NCBI GenBank assembly: GCA_964016885.1
Contig: OZ024749.1
Coordinates: 10,168,001-10,232,000 of the forward strand
Length of the DNA stretch: 64,000 nucleotides
Direction: 5' to 3'
Source of the DNA: Eledone cirrhosa
Taxonomy: Eukaryota
In this document: one piece after another, positions 59,501 to 64,000 of the stretch
Numbering within the stretch: the stretch's first letter is position 1
Layout: the number at the start of each line of letters is the position of its first letter
Made by a program: the position numbers and the translations under genes
Notes under the pieces: model-generated
The model's database searches: none
What the model saw: only the letters and a program-made list of their open reading frames with translations
Told to the model about the DNA's origin: nothing

Positions 59501-62500
59501 GTTTAGTAAGGTAGGGGTCATGGGAACAGGTTACAGTCAGTAAGGTGTCTATTGGGGGTTAGTTAGGTAGGGGTCATGGGAACAGGTTGGAGTCAGTAGG
59601 GTGTCTACTGGGGGTTAGTAAGGTAGGGCTCATGGGAACAGGTTACAGTCAGTAAGGTGTCTACTGGGGGTTAGTAAGGTAGGGGTCATGGGAACAGGTT
59701 GGGGTCAGTAAGGTGTCTACTGGAGGTTAGTAAGGCAGGGGTCATGGGAACAGGTTGGAGTCAGTAAGGTGTCTACTGGGGGTTAGTGAGGTAGGGGTCA
59801 TGGGAACAGGTTGGAGTCAGTAAGGTGCCTACTGGGGGTTACTAAGGCAGGGGTCATTAGAACAGGTTAGAGTCATTAAGGTGTCTCCTGGGGGTTAGTA
59901 AGGTAGGGGTCAGTAGGGTGTCTACTGGGGGTTAGTGAGGTAGGGGTCTTGGGAACAGGTTGGAGTCTGTAGGGTGTCTGCTGGGGGTTAGTAAGGTAGG
60001 GGTCATGGGAACAGGTTGGAGTCAGTAAGGTGTCTACTGGGGATTAGTAAGGCAGAGGTCAGTAGGGTGTCTACTGGGGGTTAGTGAGGTAGGGGTCATG
60101 GGAACAGGTTGGAGTCAATAGGGGTCTAATGGGGGTTAGTAAGGTAGGGGTCATGGGAACAGGTTAGTCAGTAAGGTGTCTACTGGGGGTTAGTAAGGTA
60201 GGGGTCATGGGAACAAGTTGGACTCAGTAAGGTGTCTACTAGGGGTTAGTAAGGTAGGGGTCATGGGAACAGGTTGGAGTCAGTAGGGGTCTAATGGGGG
60301 TTAGTAAGGTAGGGGTCATGGGAACAGGTTGGAGTCAATAGGGGTCTAATGGGGGTTAGTAAGGTAGGGGTCATGGGAACAGGTTAGTCAGTAAGGTGTC
60401 TACTGGGGGTTAGTAAGGTAGGGGTCATGGGAACAGGTTAGAGTCATTAGGAGGTCTAATGGGGGTTAGTAAGGTAGGGGTCATGGGAACGGGTTGGAGT
60501 CAGTAAGGTATCTACTGGGGGTTAGTAAGGTAGGGGTCAGTACGGGGTCTACTGGGGGTTAGTAAGGTAGGGGTCATGGGAACAGGTTACAGTCTGTAGG
60601 GTGTCTACTGGGGGTTAGTAAGGTAGGGGTCATGGGAACAGGTTAGTCTGTAGGGTGTCTACTGGGGGTTAGTAAGGCAGGGGTCATGGGAACAGGTTGG
60701 AGTCAGTAAGGTATCTACTGGGGGTTAGTAAGGTAGGGGTCATGGGAACAGGTTACAGTCTGTAGGGTGTCTACTGGGGGTTAGTAAGGCAGTGGTCATG
60801 GGAACAGGTTGGAGTCAGTAAGGTGTCTACTGGGGGTTAGTGAGGTAGGGGTCATGGGAACAGGTTACAGTCTGTAGGGTGTCTACTGGGGGTTAGTAAG
60901 GCAGTGGTCATGGGAACAGGTTGGAGTCAGTAAGGTGTCTACTGGGGGTTAGTGAGGTAGGGGTCATGGGAACAGGTTGGAGTCAGTAAGTGTCTACTGG
61001 CGGTTAGTAAGGCAGGGGTCATTAGGGGGTCTACTGGGGGTTAGTAAGGTAGGGGTCATGGGAACAGGTTACAGTCAGTAAGGTGTCTACTGGGGGTTAG
61101 TAAGGTAGAGGTCATAGGAACAGGTTAGAGTCATTTGGAGGTCTAATGGGGGTTAGTAAGGCAGTGGTCATGGGAATAGGTTGGAGTCAGTAAGGTGTCT
61201 ACTGGGGGTTAGTAAGGCAGGGGTCAGTAGGGGGTCTACTGGGAGTTAGTAAGGTAGGGGTCATGGGAACAGGTTGGAGTCAGTAAGGTGTCTACTGGGG
61301 GTTAGTAAGATAGGGGTCATGGGAACAGGTTGGAGTCAGTAGGGTGTCTACTGGGGGTTAGTAAGGTAGGGATCATGGGAACAGGTTAGTCAGTAAGGTG
61401 TCTACTGGGGGTTAGTTAGGTAGGGGTCATGGGAACAGGTTGGAGTCAGTAAAGTGCCTACTCGGGGTTAGTAAGGTAGGGGTCATGGGAACAGGTTGGA
61501 GTCAGTAGAGTGTCTACTGGGGGTTAGTAAGGCAGTGGTCATGGGAACAGGTTAGTCAGTAAGGTGTCTACTGGGGGTTAGTAAGGCAGGGGTCATGGGA
61601 ACAGGTTGGAATCAGTAAGGTGTCTACTGGGGGTTAGTAAGGCAGTGGTCATGGGAACAGGTTGGAGTCAGTAAGGTGTCTACTGGGGGTTACTAAGGTA
61701 GGGGTCATGGGAACAGGTTGGAATCAGTAAGGTGTCTACTGGGGGTTAGTAAGGTAGGGGTCATGGGAACAGGTTGGAGTCAGTAGGTTGTCTACTGGGC
61801 GTTAGTAAGGTAGGGGTCATGGGAACAGGTTAGTCAGTAAGGCATGGGTCATGGGAACAGGTTGGAATCAGTAAGGTGTCTACTGGGGGTTAGTAAGGCA
61901 GGGGTCAGTAGCGCGTCTACTGGGAGTTAGTAAGGTAGGTGTCATGGGAACAGGTTGGAGTCAGTAGGGTGTCTACTGGGGGTTAGTAAGGTAGGGGTCA
62001 TGGGAACAGGTTAGCGTCAGTAGGGTGTCTACTGGGGGTTAGTAAGGTAGGGGTCATGGGAACAGGTTGGAGTCAGTAGGGGTCTAATGGGGGTTAGTAA
62101 GGTAGGGGTCATGGGAACAGGTTGGAGTCAGTAAGGTGTCTACTGGGGGTTAGTAAGGTAGGGGTCATGGGAACAGGTTAGAGTCAGTAGGGTGTTTACT
62201 GGGGGTTAGTAAGGTAGGGGTCATGGGAACAGGTTAGTCAGTAAGGTGTCTACTGGGGGTTAGTAAGGTAGGGGTCATGGGAACAGGTTAGTCATTAGGA
62301 GGTCTAATGGGGGTTAGTAAGGCAGTGGTCATGGGAACAGGTTGGAGTCAGTAAGGTGTCTACTGGGGGTTAGTAAGGTAGGGGTCAGTAGGGTGTCTAC
62401 TGGGGGTTAGTGAGGTAGGGGTCTTGGGAACAGGTTGGAGTCTGTAGGGTGTCTGCTGGGGGTTAGTAAGGTAGGGGTCATGGGAACAGGTTGGAGTCAG

Positions 62501-64000
62501 TAAGGTGTCTACTGGGGGTTAGTAAGGCAGGTGTCAGTAGGGCGTCTACTGGGGGTTAGTAAGGTAGGGGTCATGGGAATAGGTTGGAGTCAGTAGGGGT
62601 CTAATGGGGGTTAGTAAGGTAGGGGTCATGGGAACAGGTTGGAGTCAATAGGGGTCTAATGGGGGTTAGTAAGGTAGGGGTCATGGGAACAGGTTGGAGT
62701 CAGTAAGGTGTCTACTGGGGGTTAGTAAGGTAGGGGTCATGGGAACAGGTTAGTCAGTAAGGTGTCTACTGGGGGTTAGTAAGGTAGGGGTCATGGGAAC
62801 AGGTTAGAGTCATTAGGTCTAATGGGGGTTAGTAAGGCAGGGGTCATGGGAACAGGTTGAAGTCAGTAGGGGTCTAATGGGGGTTAGTAAGGTAGGGGTC
62901 ATGGGAACGGGTTGGAGTCAGTAAGGTATCTACTGGGGGTTAGTAAGGTAGGGGTCATGGGAACAGGTTGGAGTCAGTAGGGTGTCTACTGGGGGTTAGT
63001 AAGGCAGGGGTCATGGGAACAGGTTGGAGTCGGTAAGGTGTCTACTGGGGGTTACTAAGTTAGGGGTCATGGGAACAGGTTGGAGTCAGTAATGTGTCTA
63101 CTGGGGGTTAGTAAGGCAGGGGTCAGTACGGGGTCTACTGGGGGTTAGTAAGGTAGGGGTCATGGTAACAGGTTACAGTCAGTAAGGTGTCTACTGGGGG
63201 TTAGTAAGGTAGGGGTCATGGGAACAGGTTAGTCTGTAGGGTGTCTGCTGGGGGTTAGTAAGGCAGTGGTCATGGGAACAGGTTGGAGCCAGTAAGGTGT
63301 CTACTGGGGGTTAGTAAGGTAGGGGTCATGGGAACAGGTTGGAGTCAGTAAAGTGCCTACTCGGTGTTAGCAAGGTAGGGTTCATGGGAACAGGTTGGAG
63401 TCAGTAGAGTGTCTACTGGGGGTTAGTAAGGCAGTGGTCATGGGAACAGGTTAGTCAGTAAGGTGTCTACTGGGGGTTAGTAAGGCAGGGGTCATGGGAA
63501 CAGGTTGGAATCAGTAAGGTGTCTACTGGGGGTTAGTAAGGCAGTGGTCATGGGAACAGGTTCGAGTCAGTAAGGTGTCTACTGGGGGTTAGTAAGGCAG
63601 TGGTCATGGGAACAGGTTAGTCAGTAAGGTGTCTACTGGGGGTTAGTAAGGCAGGGGTCATGGGAACAGGTTGGAATCAGCAAGGTGTCTACTGGGGGTT
63701 AGTAAGGCAGTGGTCATGGGAACAGGTTGGAGTCAGTAAGGTGTCTACTGGGGGTTACTAAGGTAGGGGTCATGGGAACAGGTTGGAATCAGTAAGGTGT
63801 CTACTGGGGGTTAGTAAGGTAGGGGTCATGGAAACAGGTTGGAGTCAGTAGGTTGTCTACTGGGCGTTAGTAAGGTAGGGGTCATGGGAACAGGTTAGTC
63901 AGTAAGGCAGGGGTCATGGAAACAGGTTGGAGTCAGTAAAGTGCCTACTCGGTGTTAGCAAGGTAGGGTTCATGGGAACAGGTTGGAGTCAGTAGGGTGT
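53530..64000. repeat. Satellite 3: G-rich 56-bp unit (GGGGGTTAGTAAGGTAGGGGTCATGGGAACAGGTTGGAGTCAGTAAGGTGTCTACT) with 37- and 53-bp variants
   Basis: About 190 visible tandem copies running off the window end. Confidence 0.98.

Overview
Eukaryotic, repeat-saturated window with no recognisable host gene. The SINE/LINE repertoire looks molluscan or cephalopod (octopus-like); this is recalled resemblance, not a database result. About half of the window is three tandem satellites: a 44-bp unit (1-18035, interrupted twice by a duplicated 1.4-kb flank), a 49/43-bp unit (47518-50135) and a G-rich 56-bp unit (53530-64000). The middle ~35 kb is nested mobile elements: CR1-, RTE- and L1/Tx1-type LINEs, a small LTR element with a tRNA-Trp-like PBS, a Penelope-like element with an open RT + GIY-YIG ORF, Helitron remnants, TTAA MITEs, many tRNA-derived SINEs and microsatellites. 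The most notable signal missing from the ORF track is five minimal type I hammerhead-ribozyme motifs. All lie in short non-coding modules beside (TA)n tracts. One module is a 466-bp monomer with a 66-bp terminal redundancy (retrozyme-like). Another is a head-to-head ribozyme pair that has captured CR1 ORF2 sequence. Two further long palindromes (~71-bp arms) occur in similar settings. Together these suggest Penelope-dependent, ribozyme-carrying non-autonomous elements that target (TA)n. All folds were paired by eye and activity is untested.
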